From: a virus
Lineage: Duplodnaviria; Caudoviricetes
Length of the DNA stretch: 42,257 nt
IMG/VR virus record: IMGVR_UViG_3300030433_001529
Location: 1 to 42,257 of that record
Reading direction: 5' to 3' (one strand)
Below are positions 1-8,480 of the stretch, piece after piece. The notes under the pieces were generated by a model. It did no database searches and was not told the DNA's origin. It was given only the letters and a program-made list of their open reading frames with translations. The translations under genes and the position numbers were made by a program. Numbering within the stretch: the first letter of the stretch is position 1; every line of letters starts with the position of its first letter.

Positions 1-99
1 CTTGGCGTTTTTCAGTGAGCAGCTTAGTCCTGTAAGCATTCATTGTCTTTTGAAGCTGTGTATAGACACCAGCACCTTGCAGCACTTCAGGACGAACCC
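1..99. repeat. Terminal direct repeat, copy 1 (probable assembly overlap indicating a circular/complete contig)
   Basis: Bases 1-99 are identical to 42159-42257 and lie inside a coding region that reads through the join. Confidence 0.95.
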
Positions 100-859
100 T
101 GTCATCTACATAGGCAGCTTCCATAAAATCACGCCTAGCTTTCGTAAGAAATGCATCAACGTCTTCTAAGGGTTGTCCAGTTTGTTGTTGTTCAACAATT
201 GCTTGCTCAATAAACTCAGGGAAGCCATTCGCAGTATTTTGAAGAAGCTGTTGGTGCTCAAACCAACGCTTAGTATTTCTATTTTTGTAGACTTCATAGA
301 AACCGTCAATCAACTTAGAATCAGCTTCAGGTCCAAATATACTTTGAATAGAATCCTGGGCTGCAAACTCTTGTCGAGTCAAGTTGTCATCAAGTTTTTG
401 GAATGCAAGCACATCATCATAAGTAGCACCTGTACGTGCTAAGATGTCCATTGCAGCCAAACGTTTTTGACGTTCTTGATTGGCTTCGATGTCACCATAA
501 AGCTTGAGTGCACTATCAGAAAACTCAGTTAGAGATTGAAGAGTACGTTGTCTGTTAGCTCCTTGAGCTTCAAGGCTTTTAATTTCAGTGTCGTAGTCAC
601 GCTGAAGTGCGTCTTGAAGCGCTTTACGGTTAGCAGTTTCTGAATTGTAGTTTTGCTCACGGTTAGCCGACTCTAAGCCTTGAACAAACTTCTGTGCTTC
701 TAAATAGATGCGCTGGTTTTCACGTCGGAACTTTTCAGCATCTTCCATCCCAGCACGTTTGCGCTGAGTTTCTTCTTTAATTTTTTTAGTTTCATCAGGG
801 GCTTGGATTTGGAAAGCACCGAAGCTACCCTGATTTGCATAGGATTTATATTTAGACAT
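1..859 (-). CDS. 5' part of internal virion (ejection) protein, T7 gp15 position; continues across the join into 42158..40402 (~871 aa total)
   Basis: ATG at 859 (MSKYKSYANQGSFGAF...) is open to base 1 and joins in frame to ...VRPEVLQGAGVYTQLQK of ORF 40402..42243; synteny between gp14-like and gp16-like genes. Confidence 0.85.
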   Translation of the reverse strand, partial: MSKYKSYANQGSFGAFQIQAPDETKKIKEETQRKRAGMEDAEKFRRENQRIYLEAQKFVQGLESANREQNYNSETANRKALQDALQRDYDTEIKSLEAQGANRQRTLQSLTEFSDSALKLYGDIEANQERQKRLAAMDILARTGATYDDVLAFQKLDDNLTRQEFAAQDSIQSIFGPEADSKLIDGFYEVYKNRNTKRWFEHQQLLQNTANGFPEFIEQAIVEQQQTGQPLEDVDAFLTKARRDFMEAAYVDDRVRPEVLQGAGVYTQLQKTMNAYRTKLLTEKRQ

Positions 860-862
860 AGT

Positions 863-1894
863 TTAACTAAATCCGAAAGCTTTGCCGAGATTGAACGCTT
901 GAGTAAATCCGCTAGTACCAGCTCCAACAAATTTAGCAGCACCAATAGCGGTGTTAAGACCAGCCATAACGAGACTTTCTCTTTGTGGAATGACGGTTGC
1001 AGCACCAGGACCAACTCTAGGTTCGTAGATTTCTTGGAATTCAGGACGTGGAAGTGCGATAGGCTTAGGCAGCGGGGGTGCAAGCTCAGGCTTAAGCATC
1101 ATGTTTGCTTCAGCTTGCAGGTCAGCTTGAACACGCTGCATTTTGATTTGAGTCCGTGTAAGACTATCAGCGGCGACCAAATTGTTTTCACGAAGATCAA
1201 ACGCCAACTTATCCATAAGGTTTTGCTGACTCGCGACAAGCAAATCAAGGTCAATTTGAGCAGTGTCAGACATCAAAGTATTGATCAAATCATTTTCAGC
1301 TGCATCAACTTCAGCCATAATGCCCTGGATAGTTTTACCAGCAGAGCGGCCAGCTTGACCACGGGCTAAAGCTTGACCTTTAGCTTTGAGACCTGTGATA
1401 CCAGTTTTCCGCATCTGTTCAGCTGCAGCAGATTTAGTCCTTTGTTTCTTGAGCTGAAGACCATGTGAAGCTACCGCGTAGTTCAGCATTGTTTGCTTTT
1501 CATCAAGCTCCAGTTCAACCTGCTGCTCCATCAAAAACCGGTCTTGCTGAAGTCCAGCAAAACCAGCTGCAATGTCATTAAAGGCTAGGTTGGCATCTCG
1601 TGTAGCCTTGCTTTGTGCAAACGCTAAATTTTCTCGGTGGAAATTAAAGGCACGGATACCCATGCCAAAAGAATACTGTTGGTTACGTTCCGCTTCTTGG
1701 AAGCGTAAATTGTCTTCAGTATTTTTCTTAAGAATTTGTAGACCTTCTTTGTCGTATTCATAACGACGTTTAGCTTCTTCTTCAGCAAATTCTCTTGCTT
1801 CTTCGTTAGCTTCGTTAGCTGCGTCAGCCTGTTTTTCAGCTTGTTTATTTCGGCTATAAGCACCTCCAGTAAACAGGTCTTGAAAAAATGACAT
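863..1894 (-). CDS. Internal virion protein, T7 gp14-like
   Basis: 343 aa, Ala/Gln-rich helical, Gly-rich ends, GxAGRS motif; directly after tail tube B. Confidence 0.7.
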   Translation of the reverse strand: MSFFQDLFTGGAYSRNKQAEKQADAANEANEEAREFAEEEAKRRYEYDKEGLQILKKNTEDNLRFQEAERNQQYSFGMGIRAFNFHRENLAFAQSKATRDANLAFNDIAAGFAGLQQDRFLMEQQVELELDEKQTMLNYAVASHGLQLKKQRTKSAAAEQMRKTGITGLKAKGQALARGQAGRSAGKTIQGIMAEVDAAENDLINTLMSDTAQIDLDLLVASQQNLMDKLAFDLRENNLVAADSLTRTQIKMQRVQADLQAEANMMLKPELAPPLPKPIALPRPEFQEIYEPRVGPGAATVIPQRESLVMAGLNTAIGAAKFVGAGTSGFTQAFNLGKAFGFS

Positions 1895-4530
1895 TAAGCC
1901 CTCCTATAGAATCGCGGTGTATATTGACCTTCCCACATCATTGCATTGACAGCGATAGGAAATGGTGAGTTGTTAAACATTTTAAGTCTAAAGTTTTCAG
2001 TACGTTGATGGATAGGTACAGTGAATACAGTCTGGTTATTTAGAGGTACGTCGTTAGCCAAATATGTACTAGCTTCTGTCACTGGTTGAACGCTAAACCA
2101 TTCGTCAATGTAGAATTTGATAACAGCTTTATCAGCAGGCGCTGTAGTGAACTGAATAGTTGTATCATTAACAAAGAAAAAGTCAGTTTTTGGTACACCA
2201 TTCACACTCACCTTCACGTCTGACCTATCCACAAAATCCAAATCTCTAATGTTGTAAGTAAAGGAAGTGGTAGAACCATCACCAGTAAATTCAACACTAT
2301 ATGGGTTGCGCCCCGTTTGCTGTAGTTTAAAACTCATCATACCTGACAAACCAACTGCAAACTTCATACGTGCAATAGTTAGGTTTGCGGTGAAGTCTGT
2401 AACACCTCTATCAGGTCTGAAATAGGTACGTGGTAGTTCTACATCAAAGTTATATTTAAACCCAACAATGACATCATCAGCAACGTTAAGCGCCTTCTCT
2501 CCGCTAGCAGTAAGGTTTTTGTTAGGGATAATGAAAAAGGTTTCAGTAGCAGGTGAGTTAGGACCGTTGGTATCTGACCCACGTTCAGGGGTCAAGGTAA
2601 AACCGGACTCCACAAAGTCTCCACCGCTTGTATCACCTTTAAGTACAATGATAGGTGTAAGAGTGCTTACATCGTTATAAGGGATGTAGCATTTAGTACG
2701 CTTGTTAGTAGCGTCGTAAACAACGTTAGCTGTCGGGATGTTTTTGTATAAATCGATACAAGGATTAACCTTTTCTCCCTTGTTGTTGACGATAATAGCC
2801 TGCTCTGGGCTTTGGCTCAACGCTGCTTTAAGTAAAGTAAATTGATTACCTTGCTTAGTTACAGCATACATGTCGTCAGAGTTGGTGGTTAGGAATTGAA
2901 CCGTACCAGGCATCAACCAACTAACCCAAGACTCCATAAGGTTCTTCTCACCGTCATTGTAATAACGGAATAGAAACACTTCGTTTAGACTCTGACTGCT
3001 AATAGCAATCATTGAGTTTTGAGGACTTGAAATGACAGAATCTACATCTGGTGAGATCCATTCTTTTGTTACCCTGGAGATGTCTAGAATCTGTGGGTTC
3101 TCCTGTTGACCACGTGTAACCATACTGAACACACGAGAGTATCCAGGAGTCTTACTAATAAAGTTTATGTTAGTACCTACATCCACAGGTTCAATCAGTG
3201 GATCCATTTGGTAGTTAGACAACGTACGAATCGTTGTCAGACTTGGAGTCAGTACACCAGTATCAGAGAACATGATAAACTGTTCGTTAGCTGAAAACAG
3301 CACTACACCCTGAGCTGTAGGAAGTACAGAGTTTAAAGATGTAGGACGAATAGACGAACAACTGATGTCAATAGGATCATTATCAACAACAGTCTGTGCG
3401 GTTGTGAAGAAGAAATTATAAGGGTCACCAGAGCGACTCATAATAACGTTGTCCTGACTGATAAAGCCAAGACGGTTGTTATGGAAAAAAACTCCTTTAA
3501 TTTCTTGGTCTACAAAACTAGGATTAGAGTTGGTTTCAAGATCACCTACTTTCCTGTCAACGTAGTCAATTTGTTTAAACACAAATGTGTTCAAAGTAGT
3601 GTTGACCAGCTCGTGGGGCATGGTGGAGTTATCCAAACCAAGCGACACTGTAGGATTGATAGTCTCTTCCCAATAACCTTCACCACCAACACCATCGTGA
3701 GCTACAAACTTGACCCAATAATCAGAATCATTATTACCAGTAAGTACAACCTTTACAATGCGACCATGTCGAGACTGTACGGGTAGGTCACCAATGTCAG
3801 ATACAATCCCTTCAACAACAGTCAACGCAAGGTTGTTAATACCACCTTCTGCATGGATGTCCATGTCAGCTGTGTGTACTAGCTCCAGTTCGTTGGCGTA
3901 TTTCGTGACAGTGATACCAGCGTGATCACCGGTAAAAGATTCGATGTCAAACTTCAGGTCATCAAGAATGTTATCCGCACTTGTTGAAGATGAGGTAGTA
4001 TACTGTGCAGTTCTAGTAACCCCGTTGACAGTGATTTCTACTTTGTAAGTTTCTTGGGGCAGTACTGAGTGCAGAATGATTGAAGCTTGGCGATGCTCAT
4101 CGTAATTAGAATCAGTTACAGCTGTATCTGCAGTAACCGTTTTGCTTCCGTTGACAACAATAGTAGTGTCTTGGATGGTGACAAGTTTGTAGTCATCTTT
4201 ACTGCCACTTAAGTAACCAGTGCCATTAGGGAACAGGACAGTAGCTGCAGTACCGCTAGTAGCATTCCAAATGTCAATGTTAGTACCTTTGATGACACCT
4301 ACATATTCTTCGTCATCATCACGTTTGATGTAAAACCATTTACCATCATTGTAAGTAGTACCTGTCCCTAGATTGACAATGTGTTCAAATCCAGGCCGCT
4401 TAGTCAATCCATATGTAGCATCCGGGTATCCGTTGTAGCACTCACGGACCTGACCTGGCAGCATTTTATCATCTGATTGTTTGGATACGCCACCTAGGTA
4501 GCTTCCGATCCGCTGAGTAACTGATGCCAT
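1894..4530 (-). CDS. Tail tubular protein B (T7 gp12-like nozzle)
   Basis: 878 aa; N-terminal 'LGGVSKQSD...GLTKRPG', 'NPSFV...FHNNRLGF', C-terminal 'WEGQY' typical of gp12 family; follows tail tube A. Confidence 0.92.
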   Translation of the reverse strand: MASVTQRIGSYLGGVSKQSDDKMLPGQVRECYNGYPDATYGLTKRPGFEHIVNLGTGTTYNDGKWFYIKRDDDEEYVGVIKGTNIDIWNATSGTAATVLFPNGTGYLSGSKDDYKLVTIQDTTIVVNGSKTVTADTAVTDSNYDEHRQASIILHSVLPQETYKVEITVNGVTRTAQYTTSSSTSADNILDDLKFDIESFTGDHAGITVTKYANELELVHTADMDIHAEGGINNLALTVVEGIVSDIGDLPVQSRHGRIVKVVLTGNNDSDYWVKFVAHDGVGGEGYWEETINPTVSLGLDNSTMPHELVNTTLNTFVFKQIDYVDRKVGDLETNSNPSFVDQEIKGVFFHNNRLGFISQDNVIMSRSGDPYNFFFTTAQTVVDNDPIDISCSSIRPTSLNSVLPTAQGVVLFSANEQFIMFSDTGVLTPSLTTIRTLSNYQMDPLIEPVDVGTNINFISKTPGYSRVFSMVTRGQQENPQILDISRVTKEWISPDVDSVISSPQNSMIAISSQSLNEVFLFRYYNDGEKNLMESWVSWLMPGTVQFLTTNSDDMYAVTKQGNQFTLLKAALSQSPEQAIIVNNKGEKVNPCIDLYKNIPTANVVYDATNKRTKCYIPYNDVSTLTPIIVLKGDTSGGDFVESGFTLTPERGSDTNGPNSPATETFFIIPNKNLTASGEKALNVADDVIVGFKYNFDVELPRTYFRPDRGVTDFTANLTIARMKFAVGLSGMMSFKLQQTGRNPYSVEFTGDGSTTSFTYNIRDLDFVDRSDVKVSVNGVPKTDFFFVNDTTIQFTTAPADKAVIKFYIDEWFSVQPVTEASTYLANDVPLNNQTVFTVPIHQRTENFRLKMFNNSPFPIAVNAMMWEGQYTPRFYRRA

Positions 4531-5145
4531 TTATCGATAAAGAGCGTTGTAAGGTTTGTAGCTTTGGTAACGATTAGTTTCTCCAGAATGTCCGAAGTAC
4601 GTATAGTCACCTTGATTGCATTCATACTCCATAGCCATAGCTCTGGTGAATGCTTCCTTTTGTTGAAGAATTTGATATTGGGAGGTGTCTCCAACAATCC
4701 GACTAGATGTAACTGAAGCAGCTCGTGCAGTGATGAAGTCTGCAATAGGTCTGGGAATGTCTACCCAATCAAACAGCCATACAATGTCGCAGTTAATGTC
4801 TCTATCAAAAGTGTATTTGTGACTTGCTTTATCGTAGAGTTTACCGTTGCGACGGATCACATCTAGCTCAACATTTGCAGCTTCATCTGAAGTGTCAATT
4901 TGCAAAACGTTGTTTGGGATCAGAATCTCATTGTTCGTATCCCGATTCATTTTGTAATGATACTCTTTATTGAAGGACCATCCCTCTGCCTGTACTTCCC
5001 TGGAGACTTCGAGTAAAGTCTGGTAAGCAATCGCAACGTCCGGGTTGGTTTGATCTAGGGTAGTCACAGGCGCTTGACCACATGACTGCAGAATTTGGTT
5101 GACAGCAGGCAGCTCTTGCTGCGAATTAGTGGTAGGAAAAGCCAT
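4531..5145 (-). CDS. Tail tubular protein A (T7 gp11-like)
   Basis: Start re-assigned to ATG 5145 (MAFPTTNSQQELPAVNQILQSCGQAPV...EVQAEGWSFN); gp11 motifs; directly after the capsid terminator. Confidence 0.92.
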   Translation of the reverse strand: MAFPTTNSQQELPAVNQILQSCGQAPVTTLDQTNPDVAIAYQTLLEVSREVQAEGWSFNKEYHYKMNRDTNNEILIPNNVLQIDTSDEAANVELDVIRRNGKLYDKASHKYTFDRDINCDIVWLFDWVDIPRPIADFITARAASVTSSRIVGDTSQYQILQQKEAFTRAMAMEYECNQGDYTYFGHSGETNRYQSYKPYNALYR

Positions 5146-5151
5146 ATAAGT

Positions 5152-5177
5152 AAAAAAAGGGAGCCCGAAGACTCCCC
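5152..5177 (-). terminator. Intrinsic terminator after the capsid gene (T-phi equivalent)
   Basis: Minus strand GGGAGTC-TTCG-GGCTCCC-TTTTTTT. Confidence 0.9.
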
Positions 5178-5195
5178 GTATAAAAGTACAAATAA

Positions 5196-6341
5196 TCAGA
5201 ATGCGGCAGGCTTGGTAGCGGTACCAGCAAACAGTTCCACGCAAGCAGCGGGGTTCAGGAAGTCAGCACCCATAGCCAGGCGGCCCAGAATCACATCACC
5301 TTGATACACGACGGAGACATCGCCACTGGTGACTTGCACCTGGGGACCGATAGCTTCGACGACACCAGCGCCTTCACGCTGGAAGATGAGACCACAGCTG
5401 TTAGCGAATTCGGTTTCTTCACCGTACTCATTGTTGATGCCGGTGACATCGTTAGCAGCGTCTTCCAGATCCTCAGACACGAACGAACCGGTGTTACCAG
5501 GATTGGCGATACCGGGGTTAGTGGCGCTAGCAGTAGCACCGTACTTGGTGCCGTACTGGGAGAAGAACGGAATGTTCATGGACTTGTAGATCTTGATACC
5601 GGCAATCTCGATGATGCCGTTACCGCTTTGCAGGGCAGTGCCTTGCTCGTCGCGGTTGATCAGTCCGTTAGAACCGACTTCTTGGATCAGCTTGTGATAC
5701 TGACGGGGGTTCAGAACACCCACACGTCCATCCTGGCTGACGCCCTTCTCGTCGAGGGCTGCTGCTGCATCATAGAATGCTTCCACAAGCTTATCTGACT
5801 GATAGGCTTCAGCAGCTGAAGGGGTCGCAGCGTCACCCACACGGATCTGAGTACCGCCGGGCTCAATGAAATTAGTTTTGTTGATCGGAGAAGCTGAACG
5901 TGCACCACGGGTGATAGCACGGAAGATCAGACGATCGTATTTCTGAGCAAGAGCATATCCGATTTTACGGGAGATCTCAGAGCGCAGATCGTAGTGCGCC
6001 AGAGTCTCATCCAAATCATAAAGGAATGCACTGGAGATGAGAAGATCATCGACGGTGATAATCTTCTCAGCCACCGGAGGTGCGCCATCGGTGTTACCAA
6101 GAATTGCGTTGCCAGGAGTATGGAACTCAGCCTTGGTGTGACCGGTGTAGATGAACTGAAGGGACTTGCCATTCTTCAGCGTACGCTTCATCACAAGATC
6201 GCGAGCGATTGCATTGTGCTGGAAGCCTTTGAACATTTCACCCGAAAAAAGCTTCAGGTAAAGCTCGCGGGCGTCACCCGCAGAGTTAGATTGACCAGGC
6301 CGTGTAAGGCTAGTGGTCACAGCAGAAGATTGTTGTGCCAT
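5196..6341 (-). CDS. Major capsid protein (T7 gp10-like)
   Basis: 381 aa; 'LYLKLFSGE', 'RTLKNGKSLQF', 'ITVDDLLISSAF', 'GRLAMGA' motifs of T7-like cyanophage capsids. Confidence 0.96.
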   Translation of the reverse strand: MAQQSSAVTTSLTRPGQSNSAGDARELYLKLFSGEMFKGFQHNAIARDLVMKRTLKNGKSLQFIYTGHTKAEFHTPGNAILGNTDGAPPVAEKIITVDDLLISSAFLYDLDETLAHYDLRSEISRKIGYALAQKYDRLIFRAITRGARSASPINKTNFIEPGGTQIRVGDAATPSAAEAYQSDKLVEAFYDAAAALDEKGVSQDGRVGVLNPRQYHKLIQEVGSNGLINRDEQGTALQSGNGIIEIAGIKIYKSMNIPFFSQYGTKYGATASATNPGIANPGNTGSFVSEDLEDAANDVTGINNEYGEETEFANSCGLIFQREGAGVVEAIGPQVQVTSGDVSVVYQGDVILGRLAMGADFLNPAACVELFAGTATKPAAF

Positions 6342-6344
6342 TTT

Positions 6345-6500
6345 TAAAATAGAGAGTTAATAAAGGTATAGACTCTCTGAACGTTCAGAGTTATTCAGTT
6401 GTAATATTTGTGGTCTATCCCACCGTCTAGACGGCTAGAGGTATCGGCGTACCGGCTCTAACCAATGCAAGGGAGGTCCGACGCTGAGGTGCCTCCCAAG
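6345..6500 (-). promoter_or_regulatory. Structured 5' leader of the capsid gene (several hairpins/palindromes)
   Basis: GGGAGG...CCTCCC stem (6471-6497), GGTTAGAG...CTCTAGCC stem, palindromes CCGTCTAGACGG (6423-6434) and CTCTGAACGTTCAGAG (6375-6390). Confidence 0.55.
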
Positions 6501-6503
6501 CTA

Positions 6504-6650
6504 TTACAGAAGGCCTTTAAGACACTTCTTTTGTTTGCGGCATTGTGCTTTTTTGTCACCGCAAAAGCCACAACGTTTGAAGACTTTAGATCCTTTTTCA
6601 GGAACGGACTTCGTAACGTTTGCCCGCATTTTGGAAGATTGTTGTGCCAT
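6504..6650 (-). CDS. 48-aa basic Cys-rich microprotein (MAQQSSKMRANV...RCGFCGDKKAQCRKQKKCLKGLL)
   Basis: Hand-translated ORF not in the track; CxxC-x6-C-x5-C; starts MAQQSS like the capsid protein. Confidence 0.65.
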   Translation of the reverse strand: MAQQSSKMRANVTKSVPEKGSKVFKRCGFCGDKKAQCRKQKKCLKGLL

Positions 6651-6753
6651 AAATATCTTTTTGGTAATAAGTAACGCCGCGATACTTCAGTTTGGCTGCA
6701 CGTTCTGCAACCTGCTGTTCACGAATGCGTGCTGAAAGTTCAATACCAGACAT
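6598..6753 (-). CDS. DUF4278-like small protein
   Basis: MSGIELSARIREQQVAERAAKLKYRGVTYY...; contains the LxYRGVxY signature; GGAG RBS-like sequence upstream; lies directly behind a glutamine-II-like riboswitch. Confidence 0.7.
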   Translation of the reverse strand: MSGIELSARIREQQVAERAAKLKYRGVTYYQKDIYGTTIFQNAGKRYEVRS

Positions 6754-6767
6754 GATAACTCCGAAGT

Positions 6768-6822
6768 ACCTGACCCCCGTTCCATGGTCAGGCGACATGC
6801 GTCCCGGTTGGGATGAACGTAC
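6768..6822 (-). ncRNA. Glutamine-II (Downstream-peptide) riboswitch-like element
   Basis: Minus strand CGTTCA-TCCC-AACC-GGGA-CGCA...CCTGACC-ATG-GAACG-GG-GGTCAGG: CGTTC/GAACG pairing plus two stems, upstream of a YRG peptide. Confidence 0.75.
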
Positions 6823-6829
6823 GGCGTTA

Positions 6830-6844
6830 AGTATATCATTTTAC
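6830..6844 (-). promoter_or_regulatory. Host sigma70-type extended -10 (TGaTATACT) overlapped by an NtcA box (GTA-N8-TAC)
   Basis: Minus strand AAGTA-AAATGATA-TACTT immediately after the psbA stop; TGnTATACT at 6838-6830. Confidence 0.65.
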
Positions 6845-7921
6845 TTATCCAATAGAAGGTGCGCTCAGAGCTACTTCCACCGACGATGCGGCGGCAAGGT
6901 CCAGAGGGAAGTTGTGAGCATTTCTTTCGTGCATTACTTCGAAACCAAGGTTTGCTCGGTTCAGAATGTCGGCCCAAGTATTGATCACTTGACCGCTATT
7001 TGCAACAATAGATTGATTGAAGTTGAAGCCATTCAGATTAAACGCCATGGTGCTAACACCTAGCGACGTAAGCCAAATACCCGCAACAGGCCAAGCAGCA
7101 AGAAAGAAATGAAGGCTACGGCTATTATTGAAACTGGCGTATTGAAAGATAAGCCTGCCAAAATAGCCGTGAGCAGCAACGATGTTGTAAGTCTCTTCTT
7201 CTTGACCAAATTTGTAACCATAATTCTGCGACTCCGATTCAGTCGTTTCACGTACAAGTGACGACGTGACCAAAGAACCGTGCATAGCACTAAACAAGGC
7301 ACCACCGAAAACACCAGCAACTCCCAACATATGGAAAGGGTGCATAAGAATATTGTGTTCAGCCTGGAACACCAACATGAAATTAAAGGTGCCAGAGATG
7401 CCCAGGGGCATACCATCACTGAACGAACCTTGGCCAAATGGATAGACAAGGAAGACAGCTGACGCTGCAGCAACAGGAGCAGAGTATGCAACAAAGATCC
7501 AGGGCCTCATCCCAAGTCGGTACGAAAGTTCCCATTCGCGTCCCAGGTAAGAGAAGATACCGATAAGGAAGTGGAACACGACAAGCTGATAGGGTCCGCC
7601 GTTGTACAGCCATTCTTCAAGGCTAACGGCTTCCCAGATCGGATACAAATGTAGTCCGATCGCGTTACTGCTAGGCACGACGGCACCGGAGATAATGTTG
7701 TTTCCGTAGAGCAGGGAGCCTGCGACGGGTTCACGGATTCCATCAATGTCAACAGGGGGTGCTGCAATAAATGCAAGGATAAAACAAGTAGTGGCTGCGA
7801 GCAAGCATGGAATCATGAGCACGCCAAACCACCCAACATAAAGACGGTTATTGGTAGAGGTTACCCAGGAACAAAACTCTTCCCAGGTATCCCTACGTTG
7901 CGTAAGAATAGATTGAGTCAT
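6845..7921 (-). CDS. psbA: Photosystem II reaction centre protein D1
   Basis: 358 aa; unmistakable D1 sequence ([41 protein letters not shown]). Confidence 0.99.
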   Translation of the reverse strand: MTQSILTQRRDTWEEFCSWVTSTNNRLYVGWFGVLMIPCLLAATTCFILAFIAAPPVDIDGIREPVAGSLLYGNNIISGAVVPSSNAIGLHLYPIWEAVSLEEWLYNGGPYQLVVFHFLIGIFSYLGREWELSYRLGMRPWIFVAYSAPVAAASAVFLVYPFGQGSFSDGMPLGISGTFNFMLVFQAEHNILMHPFHMLGVAGVFGGALFSAMHGSLVTSSLVRETTESESQNYGYKFGQEEETYNIVAAHGYFGRLIFQYASFNNSRSLHFFLAAWPVAGIWLTSLGVSTMAFNLNGFNFNQSIVANSGQVINTWADILNRANLGFEVMHERNAHNFPLDLAAASSVEVALSAPSIG

Positions 7922-7965
7922 GTTAAATATTTAAAAGATAACCTCCCACCCTCCTCAAATAGTTA

Positions 7966-8316
7966 TCAGAAGCTGTACTTCACGCCAGCCTTAGTTCCAT
8001 AAGAGTTGGTCTCATCGAAGGCAGCAGACAGCTCACCGTAAACAGAAACCTTGTCAGTAACAACCAGAGAGCCAAAGACTTTGCCAGTCAGTTTGGTATC
8101 AGCTACATCGCCATCAGGAGAAAAAACAGTCGGACCAGCTTGGACACCCCAAGATGCCCAGGGACCACTTTCTTCGTAACCGACATGGAAGTCAGTCGTG
8201 TGACCAGTGAAGTCAGAACCAGTGAAGCCTGCGTTGTTTTCGATGACGGCATAAGGACCGGCGTACACAGGAGCAGCAGCGATCAAAGCTGCGGGAAGGA
8301 TTCCAATAAATTTCAT
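7966..8316 (-). CDS. Small outer-membrane beta-barrel-like protein with signal peptide
   Basis: N-terminal signal (…AAAPVYA|G), alternating beta-strand pattern, C-terminal GVKYSF aromatic (BAM-type) signature. Confidence 0.75.
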   Translation of the reverse strand: MKFIGILPAALIAAAPVYAGPYAVIENNAGFTGSDFTGHTTDFHVGYEESGPWASWGVQAGPTVFSPDGDVADTKLTGKVFGSLVVTDKVSVYGELSAAFDETNSYGTKAGVKYSF

Positions 8317-8480
8317 GAGTTGCGGATTTTAAGATTTCGTTTTGCAGTTTTAGCGGCGCGTTTAAAGTTTGCAGCCGTGGGTGCGCCTTTAGCCCCAGGC
8401 TTTCGCATCTTCTCTCCACTGCCAGCAGCAATGCGCTTACGCTTGGCGTGGATGTTTGCATAGAGTCCAGGTTTAGCCAT
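8313..8480 (-). CDS. 55-aa basic protein (MAKPGLYANIHAKRKRIAAGSGEKMRKPG...)
   Basis: Hand-translated; stop/start overlaps with both neighbours; sequence type recalled from marine podoviruses. Confidence 0.75.
   Translation of the reverse strand: MAKPGLYANIHAKRKRIAAGSGEKMRKPGAKGAPTAANFKRAAKTAKRNLKIRNS

Noticed and set aside
1-99. 99-bp terminal repeat as the biological T7-type terminal repeat
   Set aside because: It lies mid-gene in an internal virion protein and has a typical assembler k-mer length; true ends are expected near 27.1-27.4 kb
5146-5244. Capsid 10A/10B-style frameshift into the open -1 frame leading to tail tube A
   Set aside because: The frame is open but crosses the terminator, and no convincing slippery heptamer is visible; treated as chance extension of the gp11 ORF
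7925-7965. PhotoRC-type RNA motif in the psbA leader
   Set aside because: Only a short ATAAC...GTTAT stem around a purine-rich loop is visible; cannot be assigned without a covariance-model search
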